In this document: positions 35,197-44,553 of the stretch, in pieces
Position numbering within the stretch: position 1 is the stretch's first letter
Layout of the letters: each line of letters begins with the position of its first letter
From: a virus
Taxonomy: Duplodnaviria > Caudoviricetes
Direction: 5' to 3' (one strand)
Virus record (IMG/VR): IMGVR_UViG_3300028840_000889
Coordinates: 1-50,791 of that record
Length of the DNA stretch: 50,791 bases
Notes under the pieces: generated by a model
What the model saw: only the letters and a program-made list of their open reading frames with translations
What the model was told of the DNA's origin: nothing
Databases searched by the model: none
Position numbers and translations under genes: made by a program

Positions 35197-36372
35197 TTAA
35201 TATATCTTTAAAAATGGTCCATTTGCAGATCCAAACTCTTTCTTTGCTCCATAATACAAAACTCTACACCAGTTCTTCATTTCACCTCTATTAGAAATTT
35301 GTACCCAAGTATTGGTCCATTCCATAGCAATAAGTTTTGAAGAGAATCTTCCAGCAGAACTTCTGTCACTTATGTTCGTTTCATATATGATTGCATTTTC
35401 CAAAACCTCTTCAAAAGTATCTCCAATTTTTTTACCATCTTGATATACCGCAACTTCACCAAAATCTACCATAGAATTATTTTTCAATTTATCATACAAT
35501 CCTATCCAATATTTTTTATCAACATCCTTCCAATTTCCTACAGCAGGAATATGTGGATGTTTAGTTGCTGATGATGGTCTAGTCATTCCAAGATCTGAAA
35601 AAAACTTATCCATCGCAACGCTAGAAACCTTTCCAAGTTTTGCACCAGCATCTTTCCCCTTTGGCGTTAGATCAGTTTGAACTACGTTCCTTGCTTGAGA
35701 ATATTGAAAATTTCTAGATTGCCCGTGTATTTGGCCCCCAGATTCTGTTTTTAAATCAAATCCAAGTTCTCCAGTATCAAATAAAAAATTTGCTTTTTTT
35801 CCTAAAGTAAGAGTGCATTTTAGGGAACCAGGAATAAGATCTATATTAACTCTCGCAGTTTTATCTCCACCCATATTTGCTAATTCTGCACTTGCAACTT
35901 TCTTGTTCTTTGATATTGCCTTTAAAGAAACGCCAATTAATATTTTATCTTGTAACGCTTCTTTCATATAAGTATTCAAAAGAGAGAGATTTGCCTGCTG
36001 ACTTATTCCATCAATATTAGTAAGTTCTTTTATTGTTCCCTCAACCGTATTCTTCATATTTTTTTTAACCATAACAATATCCATAGGATTCCATCTATCT
36101 TTAACAGAAACTCCACATTCCTTTTTAGCAATACCTTCAATATAAGGCATTATTCCAGAATCTCTAGAATACTCATATCCTTTATTTGAACCAAGAAATT
36201 TTTTCAGTGCTTCCGATTGTTTTTTATAAGTTTCTTTCCATTCTGCATTATATCCACCATAGACTTTTAACATTACTGCGTCCGATGGTTCTTTCCCAGT
36301 TTCAATTACATATTCAAAAAAAACTCTTGAACCATTTTCTTGTTTAGCAGTTTCCGTAGCACTGGTAGCCAT
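35197..36372 (-). CDS. Hypothetical protein, possible PD-(D/E)xK-fold nuclease
   Basis: 391-aa ORF with QE...WNPMDIV...GVSLK motifs. The function is an inference. Confidence 0.6.
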   Translation of the reverse strand: MATSATETAKQENGSRVFFEYVIETGKEPSDAVMLKVYGGYNAEWKETYKKQSEALKKFLGSNKGYEYSRDSGIMPYIEGIAKKECGVSVKDRWNPMDIVMVKKNMKNTVEGTIKELTNIDGISQQANLSLLNTYMKEALQDKILIGVSLKAISKNKKVASAELANMGGDKTARVNIDLIPGSLKCTLTLGKKANFLFDTGELGFDLKTESGGQIHGQSRNFQYSQARNVVQTDLTPKGKDAGAKLGKVSSVAMDKFFSDLGMTRPSSATKHPHIPAVGNWKDVDKKYWIGLYDKLKNNSMVDFGEVAVYQDGKKIGDTFEEVLENAIIYETNISDRSSAGRFSSKLIAMEWTNTWVQISNRGEMKNWCRVLYYGAKKEFGSANGPFLKIY

Positions 36373-36417
36373 CTGTTATTGATTGATACTCTTTTAAGTA
36401 TTTATTAAATAACCATT

Positions 36418-36448
36418 AAAAAACCTCCCAACTAAAAATTGAGAGGGT
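36418..36448 (-). terminator. Intrinsic terminator
   Basis: CCTCTCAA...TTGGGAGG followed by TTTTTT. Confidence 0.6.
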
Positions 36449-36466
36449 CAAAGAAACTTTCGCGTT

Positions 36467-37543
36467 TTATCTATTCATCTGCCTCTCTTTATAAGCATCA
36501 AGTTCTGCTTTTCTTTGCTCTGGGGTTTTCTTTGCATCCGCATCTCTAACAGATTTTAATGCTGCTTGAAATGAAGGATCATTATTTGGTTTAGATTGCT
36601 TATAAACATTCATAGAACCAGAAGCAGGACGACCTCTTGGATCCATTTTTACCTCAACAATACTCTGTCTCCACTCTTCACTCATATTTGCCATAATCAC
36701 TAATGCACTCTCATTAGTATCGGCATAACCTTCAGCAATCAGGTGCTCTAGGATTGCGTCAAAGATATCAAATTCTTCATTTGCTCTCATCCTGACCTCT
36801 CTAGGTTTGTTTATATTGAGTTGCCTTTTAGATCTAGCCAACTTCTTCATACCTGTATTGCCTTCTACATCTCCTTGAGGAGTATCTTTCGCATAAGCAG
36901 CATCTACTCTTTTTTGCCTTTCTTTTGCAGCACTTCTGATGGTGTCTTGGGATAATCCAGACTCCTCAAGTTGCTCATTTGCTTTGTTAAGTTGTCTTAT
37001 GATTTTCTTCTGACGACTATATTTCTTCTGACGATCTTCGTCTCCGGTTGCGGGAGAAACAATATCCCTACCAAGATTTCCTGCCTTACGAAACATCTTG
37101 TTTTTAGGAAGAGGTTTCATTTCTTCACCGACTTCTTCTACTTCTTCACCCATTCTCTTACGTTTTGCATACGACATTTGAGAAAGTTTATATGAAGCAT
37201 ATCCCTCACCTTCTTTTTTGGAAAGAGGTCTATGTCCTTCTCTCCTTTCAGCAGCAAGGTCCTTTCTTCTTTCTGATGTTTCACCTTTTACTGCTTCATC
37301 AATCTCAACATCTTCAGCACGAAGTTTTGCTAATACTGCACCAGCAACTTTCTTACCGCGCTCTTCAGAACCATAACGCTTACCTGCTTCCTTTGCAATC
37401 TTTGCAAATTGCTTACCAGGCTTACCGATGTCCTTACCTGCTCTTGCTGCCTTTGCGGAGTATGATGCTTCTTCAATATTTTCTTGAGCAGCATAAACTT
37501 CATTATATGCTTCGTATAAACCGCGCAGTTCTTTAGGGTCCAT
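36467..37543 (-). CDS. Charged modular late protein (possible internal head protein)
   Basis: Late promoter TATAAATA at 37564-37571. Basic modules are separated by acidic [VIL]xE linkers. Confidence 0.75.
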   Translation of the reverse strand: MDPKELRGLYEAYNEVYAAQENIEEASYSAKAARAGKDIGKPGKQFAKIAKEAGKRYGSEERGKKVAGAVLAKLRAEDVEIDEAVKGETSERRKDLAAERREGHRPLSKKEGEGYASYKLSQMSYAKRKRMGEEVEEVGEEMKPLPKNKMFRKAGNLGRDIVSPATGDEDRQKKYSRQKKIIRQLNKANEQLEESGLSQDTIRSAAKERQKRVDAAYAKDTPQGDVEGNTGMKKLARSKRQLNINKPREVRMRANEEFDIFDAILEHLIAEGYADTNESALVIMANMSEEWRQSIVEVKMDPRGRPASGSMNVYKQSKPNNDPSFQAALKSVRDADAKKTPEQRKAELDAYKERQMNR

Positions 37544-37570
37544 TTTTAACAATACTTTCTAGTTATTTAT

Positions 37571-37598
37571 AAAAAAAAATCCCCCGAAGGAGATTTTT
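37571..37598 (-). terminator. Intrinsic terminator ending the replication operon
   Basis: AATCTCC-TTCG-GGGGATT followed by a T-run. Confidence 0.75.
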
Positions 37599-37609
37599 GA
37601 GTTCTTTAG

Positions 37610-37765
37610 TTATTCTACAAACCTCTCAATAAATTCTTTCCAATTTTGCTCTAGACAATTTTTAGGCGAATGAATATATTCGGTAGTATCATCTTTAGGA
37701 ATAAGAGCATAGTCAATCTCATTTCGAATGAGAAGACGGAGATTGTTAATTTGTGTTTCAGTCAT
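37610..37765 (-). CDS. Hypothetical protein (51 aa)
   Basis: ATGA overlap with the mazG stop; read manually. Confidence 0.55.
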   Translation of the reverse strand: MTETQINNLRLLIRNEIDYALIPKDDTTEYIHSPKNCLEQNWKEFIERFVE

Positions 37766-38175
37766 AGATCTCCCTCCACACGATTTTCGGATTTATAAAC
37801 ATCAAATTCACCCTCCGGATACCGCGCACTCAATTTCTCATAGTTCATTTGCAGAACTTCTTCAAATGTAGTATCAAGAGCCATACAAGCTTGAGCAAGA
37901 TACCAACAAATATCTCCTAGTTCACGCTTTAAATGAAATTGATTTTGCAAATCGTAGGGTTTACCTTGCAATAAAATTTTTTTTACAACTTCAGTAAACT
38001 CACCTGCTTCAGCACTCATACCAAGAGCAGCAGTAATAAGGCGAGGAACATCAGTATCATTATTTACTTCAAGTTCAGTCATACGTGCAAGAAGTGCTGT
38101 AAAATCACTACTTGCAGGACTTGTAGTTTGTCTTACAAACTCAATATATTTAATTGTATCAATAACTTGGGTCAT
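37762..38175 (-). CDS. mazG: MazG-like NTP pyrophosphohydrolase
   Basis: LGMSAEAGEFTEVVKK, ELGDICWY and NYEKLSARY. Likely start is ATG 38175. Confidence 0.92.
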   Translation of the reverse strand: MTQVIDTIKYIEFVRQTTSPASSDFTALLARMTELEVNNDTDVPRLITAALGMSAEAGEFTEVVKKILLQGKPYDLQNQFHLKRELGDICWYLAQACMALDTTFEEVLQMNYEKLSARYPEGEFDVYKSENRVEGDL

Positions 38176-38176
38176 A

Positions 38177-39553
38177 TTAGAATTTAAATCCCTCAAATGA
38201 TTTTTTAGGTTTTCTTTCATCATCATTATACTCTTCTTCTTTACCAGAGTCAAGTATATCATTTTGTGCGGATTGTTCACAGTCATACAATCTCATTTTT
38301 GCACGATCAATACCAACTACAAAACGTTTGTAAATCGATTTATCCCCATATCGATTTTTCAATTGCTTAACTAAAATCTGTCCAAGTCCTTCTAATTCTT
38401 CGGTGCTGATGAGGGCAACAAGAAAGTCGGCAGTCGCAGGAAGTCCAAAAGATTCTGAAGTATCCGTGATTTCAACGTCAGAAGAACTAAAACCGCTACG
38501 GGTCGTCTGTGTGGCGCTGAAAATTGGAACATCGTGCTCCACAGCGAGACCACGAAGTTCTTCGGCAATTGATTTAATTATGCTATAAGAATTGATATTA
38601 CTTCCGGCACGAAATCTAGATGACGCACAGATATTAATATAATCAATAAAAATAACATCAGGTCTAAATGATTTCTTGAGAGCGAGCTCATTTAGAAGTG
38701 CCTTAAAGTGCCCGGAGTGTGCCGATGCAGTTGGATACTCCTTGATAATTAAAGTTCCTTTTGTTTTTTCTGCGAGTTTAGATGCCTTATTAGTGAACAT
38801 AGATTTTGGTAAATCTTCTAATTGATTAATGGCAACATTCAACATATTAGCATCCATTCTTTTGGCAATTTCTTCTTCTGCCATTTCCATAGTAATGTAT
38901 AAAACATTTTTTGATTGTAGTAAGAATGAAGAAGCCAGATGACACATCGCCAGAGTTTTGCCAACATTTGTTCCAGCAAGAAAAATATTGAGTGTCTTAC
39001 TAGGTACACCACCATTTGTAATTTTATTGAAGAAATCTAAATCAAATTCAAGACGATTTTCTTTCTTATGATAATACTCATAACGTTCTTCATAATCCTG
39101 GAGATAATCATGTCCAATGTGATTATCAAAACTTACTGCAAGGGCGTCAGAAAGAATAGAAGGAATACTATCACGATTCTTTTTTTCATCCCCACCATCG
39201 GCAATATGAATCGATTCCATTAAAGCCAGATAAATGGCACGGTCGCGACACCATTTTTCAGTGGTATTCACCAACCAATCAAATTCAACCGGGACATCAT
39301 CTAAACAAGAAACCAGTTGAATAATTTCTTTAAAAGAGGTATCATTAATATCCTTACGCTTTTCTATTTCAATACAAAGAACCTCTTTTGTTGCTGGTTG
39401 ATTATATTCCTGAACAAATGAAAGTATTACTTCAAATACAATTTTTTGATTTGGGTCTTCGAAATATTCGGATTTTAGGAATGGTATAATTTTTCTAATA
39501 TATTCTTCATTATATAATAGATTTCTAAGAATAAGAAATTCAACTTTATCCAT
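38177..39553 (-). CDS. gp41: Replicative DNA helicase (T4 gp41-like)
   Basis: AGTNVGKT, IKEYPT, FIDYINIC, SATQTTR, SESFGLPATAD and QLKNRY. Confidence 0.97.
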   Translation of the reverse strand: MDKVEFLILRNLLYNEEYIRKIIPFLKSEYFEDPNQKIVFEVILSFVQEYNQPATKEVLCIEIEKRKDINDTSFKEIIQLVSCLDDVPVEFDWLVNTTEKWCRDRAIYLALMESIHIADGGDEKKNRDSIPSILSDALAVSFDNHIGHDYLQDYEERYEYYHKKENRLEFDLDFFNKITNGGVPSKTLNIFLAGTNVGKTLAMCHLASSFLLQSKNVLYITMEMAEEEIAKRMDANMLNVAINQLEDLPKSMFTNKASKLAEKTKGTLIIKEYPTASAHSGHFKALLNELALKKSFRPDVIFIDYINICASSRFRAGSNINSYSIIKSIAEELRGLAVEHDVPIFSATQTTRSGFSSSDVEITDTSESFGLPATADFLVALISTEELEGLGQILVKQLKNRYGDKSIYKRFVVGIDRAKMRLYDCEQSAQNDILDSGKEEEYNDDERKPKKSFEGFKF

Positions 39554-40016
39554 AACTGAATTGACTCTTGGCGATTACATCAAGTTTTTCCATTACTTCT
39601 GGTGGGAAGTATTTTTCGGTATTTTTTAGGATTTCTTTGGCATAAAGTTTCTTACCATCAATCTCGTATCTTCCAGCAACATTCTTCCACATTTCACCAA
39701 TCTCCCCAAGTTCTAGAAGACCATAATACCTATCAAGACCTCGTTCATCATAGAACAACCGAATTTGAACTTCTTGATTTTCTTTACTTAAACGGGACTT
39801 TTGAGTCTTCGCTCGAATAATATTTCCAATTATTTCTGTTCCGTCTTTTTCTTTTGATTTGGAAAGATAGATGATTGTAGAAGCGGCATATTGTAATCCA
39901 CTATTATGAGTTACTACACCATTTTCTAAAATATAATTTTCATATTTTTCCACGGAGATATCATAAACATCTCCAACGCCAACACTTGTGATGGATTTTA
40001 TTTTTTTAGTTTTCAT
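39546..40016 (-). CDS. uvsX: Split-intein C-fragment (38 aa, 39903-40016) fused to the C-terminal 118 aa of UvsX
   Basis: Block F VYDISV, block G NGVVTHN|S, then SGLQYAASTIIYLSKSKEKDG...KSRL...GLDRYYGLL of UvsX. Confidence 0.93.
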   Translation of the reverse strand: MKTKKIKSITSVGVGDVYDISVEKYENYILENGVVTHNSGLQYAASTIIYLSKSKEKDGTEIIGNIIRAKTQKSRLSKENQEVQIRLFYDERGLDRYYGLLELGEIGEMWKNVAGRYEIDGKKLYAKEILKNTEKYFPPEVMEKLDVIAKSQFSYG

Positions 40017-40675
40017 AATCTTTCTATCCTTATAATATTGTAGTTTTTTAATAAATGCTGAAATTGAGATTTAACTAACTTACACCCAAGATGTCCGGAT
40101 TTCCCCAAATATATTCCCAAATACTTATACTGACTAAAAATAATAAATGTACCATCATCGAAATAAACTTTTATGGGATTACTTTTCTTTATTGATAGTA
40201 TTTTTTTAGTTTCTTCTGTGTGTTTTTTTCCGTAAAATGAATTATTATTTAATAAGTTATATTCCTTATTTTTTATACTAATTAATTTTCTAGTTTCTTC
40301 AGTATGAGTTTTTCCATAAAATGAATTATTTTTTCCCATACTATGAAGTCTATTATTTTCTATAATAGATTGATATATTTTTGAGTTTATTTTGATACAA
40401 CTTCTACCAGAGTTTTTTCCCATAAATCTAACTAAAGCGCAATACATTTTTTTCACATATTGAGACTCTACAGATTTAGAAAGTAACAGATGCGCTATAA
40501 AATGTTCTCTGGGGGTTAATAAGACTTTATTAGATGGGTTATTACTACCACCCATACATTTTGGAACTATATGGTGAGAGTCATATATTCCACCATCTCC
40601 TTTACTCCTATTCATTTGTTTTCTTGTATTTACAAGATTCATATAAGTTTTAGTGTATTTGTTACAATTAAACAC
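40013..40675 (-). CDS. HNH-NUMOD3 homing endonuclease between the uvsX halves
   Basis: HHIVPKCMGGSNNPSNKVLLTPREHFIAH and two NUMOD3 repeats (NSFYGKxHTEETxK). Its stop overlaps the C-fragment start (ATGA). Confidence 0.9.
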   Translation of the reverse strand: MFNCNKYTKTYMNLVNTRKQMNRSKGDGGIYDSHHIVPKCMGGSNNPSNKVLLTPREHFIAHLLLSKSVESQYVKKMYCALVRFMGKNSGRSCIKINSKIYQSIIENNRLHSMGKNNSFYGKTHTEETRKLISIKNKEYNLLNNNSFYGKKHTEETKKILSIKKSNPIKVYFDDGTFIIFSQYKYLGIYLGKSGHLGCKLVKSQFQHLLKNYNIIRIERL

Positions 40676-40679
40676 AACA

Positions 40680-40720
40680 TAAAATACGAACCTAATACTA
40701 TTTATAATATTCGTATTTTA
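40680..40720 (-). promoter_or_regulatory. Hairpin with a late promoter in its loop, upstream of the endonuclease
   Basis: 11-bp inverted repeat TAAAATACGAA/TTCGTATTTTA around TATAAATA (40699-40706). Confidence 0.7.
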
Positions 40721-40739
40721 CACCGATACCGATTATAAG

Positions 40740-41645
40740 TCAAATACAACAAACTTCATTATCAACAACTAAATCTTTTGCCTCAATCCACATACCATCA
40801 ATAAAAAATTTATGTTCTGGCGTACAGGTAACTTTATATCCATCATCAAATTCTATCTGTAAAAGTTCTTTATCCTTAAAATTGTGAGTTTCTAAAACTT
40901 TCATAAACTCACCTTCTTTTGTATATACAAAATCATTTTCAGTTATATCTTCGATATTTTTATACCCACCACGAGTAAAAATTTTAGTTCCAGGTGATAA
41001 GCACCCCCCGCTCATTTGTTTTCCACCATAAAGAGACATACTATCATAGGTGTGATTTGTCACCAGCATAGGAATTTTTGCCTGCCCCAATTTGAGAGTC
41101 AGCATACGGAAGGCACCTTTAATCAGTTGTGCCTTTGTCATATCACGAGTATCCTTTTCGGCAAGAGCATCATTAATCTCTTTATTTGTAGAAAGCATTC
41201 CCAAGGAGTCCAATACAAAGATACAAGGTTTTCTTTCTTCCTCTTTTTTCTTCAGGTAAATATCAACTGCCTTGAGTGTCTTGGTACGAAACTCTTCAAC
41301 CGTGACTACATTAACAACCACCAAACGATTTGTATCAATCCCACGAGACTCCAATAGTGATTTGGTAATTGCGGATTCAGTATCAAAATACAGACAGTAC
41401 CCATCAGGATGAGTATCAAGAAAGTTCTTAACAACAGCGAGACTGAAGAAAGTTTTTCCTGTAGAAGTTTCACCCGCGATAGCAGTAATTTTATTACCAG
41501 ATACCCCACCAAATATAGAACCGGATACAAGAGCATTAAAAATATAACTGCCAGTATCTACATAAGTTTCAGTTTCATCAATCTCTGATGCAAGTTGAGT
41601 ATATTCTCCCCCAATCTCCTTTACAATATCCTTCAAAAAATCCAC
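40740..41645 (-). CDS. uvsX: N-terminal 214 aa of UvsX/RecA-like recombinase fused to a split-intein N-fragment (87 aa, 40743-41003)
   Basis: Walker A AGETSTGKT, YFDTE, VLDSLG, DMTKAQ and TNHTY...MSGG, then block A CLSPGTKI and block B TCTPEHKF, then stop. Confidence 0.95.
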   Translation of the reverse strand: MDFLKDIVKEIGGEYTQLASEIDETETYVDTGSYIFNALVSGSIFGGVSGNKITAIAGETSTGKTFFSLAVVKNFLDTHPDGYCLYFDTESAITKSLLESRGIDTNRLVVVNVVTVEEFRTKTLKAVDIYLKKKEEERKPCIFVLDSLGMLSTNKEINDALAEKDTRDMTKAQLIKGAFRMLTLKLGQAKIPMLVTNHTYDSMSLYGGKQMSGGCLSPGTKIFTRGGYKNIEDITENDFVYTKEGEFMKVLETHNFKDKELLQIEFDDGYKVTCTPEHKFFIDGMWIEAKDLVVDNEVCCI

Positions 41646-41648
41646 AAT

Positions 41649-41786
41649 TCATTCCTCCTTTTGTTTTTGTTTGTTTTCATAATTCATCTTATATCGCCAA
41701 AGTTTTTGATACAGGGAAACATCCCCACCCAATCTCATAGCACTAATAATCGTATCAAGTTCCTTTTCGTTAATTGGCAAGTTCAT
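41649..41786 (-). CDS. Hypothetical protein (45 aa)
   Basis: MNLPINEKELDTIISAMRLGGDVSLYQKL..., start overlapping the gp43 stop. Confidence 0.6.
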   Translation of the reverse strand: MNLPINEKELDTIISAMRLGGDVSLYQKLWRYKMNYENKQKQKEE

Positions 41787-44296
41787 TAGGTAAAAAATGA
41801 ATCAAGGTTTGTTGTATGTTCTGTTTTCCATCCAATCGAATCTAAAATAGACTTAAGTGGGTCCAGAAAGCTCTTCTCAAATTGTAGTTCATAATCAATA
41901 TATCTGTCAAGTCCCAATTCCTTAGGAAACTCTGAAATAAAAGAAATCACATTTTCGTGAATAATATTCGGAAGTTTAAGATAACAAAATTTAACTTTTT
42001 CTCCATTTTGTATAAGAGAATATTTATTTGTAAGATTTTTTTGTTTGATGTAATGATTGAATAGTAATGCTCCACGAACAGCAATCGGGGTCTTGAAAGC
42101 ATAGATATTCGATGAGCAATGATACTTGCGAACATCAGATGCTGTTCTTGGAAATGCAATCTGTTCTGGAGGAAGATTTTTAAATTCGGAACGAGCATTA
42201 TCAATGAATTTAATCACATCATCTTCTGTACCGTTCATCATTAATTTGAGGGCATCCTTAATCATCTTGCGGCAGGGAGAAGGAGTAGAGGATTTAACTG
42301 CCTCAATTCCAGTTATTTTTAATTTAGGTTCCCTATAACGAACACCTTCACTATCCCACACATTGAGAATATATCTTTTCTTTGCTGTCCATATCCCACG
42401 ATCAGCAATATTCTCACGTTTCATTTGCATCTTTTGGGCGTAAGCATTTACATAATCAGCCAATTCTTGGTAAGAACTTTCAATATACTTTTCAAGTTCC
42501 ATCTCACAGATCTTATCAAGGAACGAAACAACGCCTTCAGTAGTTTTCTCTCTTCCTTTGTATACAGTTTCAACCAAAGGACCCATATTGAGATAGATAG
42601 AGTCAGTATCAGAAGCAATAACATAATCCACATCCTGTGTTTTTAGAATATTATTCAGATATACATTCATCTTATTTTCAATCCAACGAATTGCAACCTG
42701 ACCAGAAAGAGTAATTGCTTCTGCATTTGCAAGTTTATAATACCTGAAATATTCGCTACCACAGGCACCGTAAGCAGAATTGAGAGCAATTTTTTTAGAC
42801 ATCTGGACGTTATTGCATCTAGATATTTCTTTCTCTAATTGTTTTGTTGGAGTTTTTTCATATTCTTTTTTTGCCGAGATCATCTTTTTTTTATAAATTA
42901 CACGATCATTGTACATTTTCTCCATTAGTTCCGGAAGAAACCCACGAACATCTTTTCGATACATTGATCCGTTCGCGCATATGCAATAATCTCTATACTC
43001 AGTGAAATCGAGTTGTTTATTGAGTATTTTATCTACTGTTACGCTCGGATGACGATTTTCTAATAATGTCTCAGGTGAAACATTAAACATCATAATCAAA
43101 TGAGGATATAGAGAATTGAGGTCAAAATTGACAACATAATCATACATTCCCGGAACAGGTTCTTTTACGTAAGCACCAGCAAACTTATCACTTTTTGAAG
43201 ATTTTTCTTTCTGTGGTATTACTACGTTCCGTTTTTTAAGATAATTATAGATAATAGTATCCCACATCCTAACTTGGGAAAATACATCAGCATAATTTGT
43301 TTTTGCATCATATGCCATAGTAATTGCAAGTTCAATTAGTTTCATCTTGTCTTCTAAACGGTCAACAAGTTCTACGTCTTTGATGTTATATTCACAAAAT
43401 TTCTGCCAACCTTTAGTATAAAAATCTTTGAATGTATCAAACTCCGAGTGATCTAACTTTTTTTGATTAAGTTCAACCTCAGCGATATGATCCAATCTAT
43501 ACGATTCTTGATTAGAGGTAGCAGGGGACCACACATAAAGTTTCAAATAATCAAGTTGTGAAATACCTCCAATATCATAGGAAATATTTTTACGACCCTT
43601 ATAATATGTCTCACTTTCAGTCACAAGACCCCATGGCGACATACGCTTCATCAATTTTTCACCCAGAACACGATCTAAACGTCTAATAAGATAAGGAATA
43701 TCATATAGTTGACTATTCCACCCAGTAATAACTTCTGGTGTATTTTCTTCGACCATCCACCAATTAATAAAAGAAGTCAATAAATCATATTCATTAGAAA
43801 AACATTTATAAATTACATTTTCTTGTTCACAATCAAAGGGTCCAAGTCCCCAAGTCCTAATTTGTTTAGTATTATAATCTTGTAAGGTAATAAGAAGAAT
43901 TTCTTCGTCAGCATTATCTACATCTGGGAATCCATTTTCTGATGCAACTTCAATGTCGATAGTAGTTAATTTAATTTTACTAATATCAAACTTTATTTCG
44001 TCTTCTGGATAAATTTCAGAAATATATTGATATATGAATCTTTCATTACCGTATATCTTAAAATTTTGCACATCACTATATCTTTTAATAAATTCACGAC
44101 AATCCCTAACAGTTCCTGGTTGGATAGATTCTACATACTCACCCTCAAGAGTTTTATATTTTGTGTTCTTTTTTGAAGGAATAAAAAAGGTTGGATTGAA
44201 TTTTTCACGAGTTGTAAAATGCTTTCCGTTTTCATACCCACGAACAAGAAAATCATTCCCAACCATTTGCACATTTGTATAAAATTTAAGATTCAT
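41786..44296 (-). CDS. gp43: Family B DNA polymerase (T4 gp43-like)
   Basis: Exonuclease DIEV, FDLNSLYP, KIALNSAYG and ASDTDS. Uninterrupted. Confidence 0.98.
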   Translation of the reverse strand: MNLKFYTNVQMVGNDFLVRGYENGKHFTTREKFNPTFFIPSKKNTKYKTLEGEYVESIQPGTVRDCREFIKRYSDVQNFKIYGNERFIYQYISEIYPEDEIKFDISKIKLTTIDIEVASENGFPDVDNADEEILLITLQDYNTKQIRTWGLGPFDCEQENVIYKCFSNEYDLLTSFINWWMVEENTPEVITGWNSQLYDIPYLIRRLDRVLGEKLMKRMSPWGLVTESETYYKGRKNISYDIGGISQLDYLKLYVWSPATSNQESYRLDHIAEVELNQKKLDHSEFDTFKDFYTKGWQKFCEYNIKDVELVDRLEDKMKLIELAITMAYDAKTNYADVFSQVRMWDTIIYNYLKKRNVVIPQKEKSSKSDKFAGAYVKEPVPGMYDYVVNFDLNSLYPHLIMMFNVSPETLLENRHPSVTVDKILNKQLDFTEYRDYCICANGSMYRKDVRGFLPELMEKMYNDRVIYKKKMISAKKEYEKTPTKQLEKEISRCNNVQMSKKIALNSAYGACGSEYFRYYKLANAEAITLSGQVAIRWIENKMNVYLNNILKTQDVDYVIASDTDSIYLNMGPLVETVYKGREKTTEGVVSFLDKICEMELEKYIESSYQELADYVNAYAQKMQMKRENIADRGIWTAKKRYILNVWDSEGVRYREPKLKITGIEAVKSSTPSPCRKMIKDALKLMMNGTEDDVIKFIDNARSEFKNLPPEQIAFPRTASDVRKYHCSSNIYAFKTPIAVRGALLFNHYIKQKNLTNKYSLIQNGEKVKFCYLKLPNIIHENVISFISEFPKELGLDRYIDYELQFEKSFLDPLKSILDSIGWKTEHTTNLDSFFT

Positions 44297-44553
44297 TCCT
44301 TAATCAAATCCTCGTATTTTTCAATAAGTGTAGGTGTTGGGTCTGCAAGAGTAATAATCTTATCAGAACTTATCATAAATGTATCTTGTTTAGTATAACC
44401 ACAAAGAAATGGTTCAAGTGTTTTATCACTTCTGACTACAAACGGTTTAACTAGTTTACAATCAGGTTCTCCAATATCGGCACCTACTTCTTCAATCTGA
44501 CTGATTAGAATTAGATTGTTCAACAGTGCTATTACTTTGATTGTTTTTTCCAT
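44293..44553 (-). CDS. Conserved cyanophage hypothetical protein
   Basis: DIGEPDCKLVKP motif. Confidence 0.8.
   Translation of the reverse strand: MEKTIKVIALLNNLILISQIEEVGADIGEPDCKLVKPFVVRSDKTLEPFLCGYTKQDTFMISSDKIITLADPTPTLIEKYEDLIKE

Noticed and set aside
39546-41645. uvsX broken by a group I intron, a frameshift or a cis intein
   Set aside because: There are no P/Q/R/S elements. The halves carry complementary intein blocks with their own stop and start, and the endonuclease is a separate ORF.
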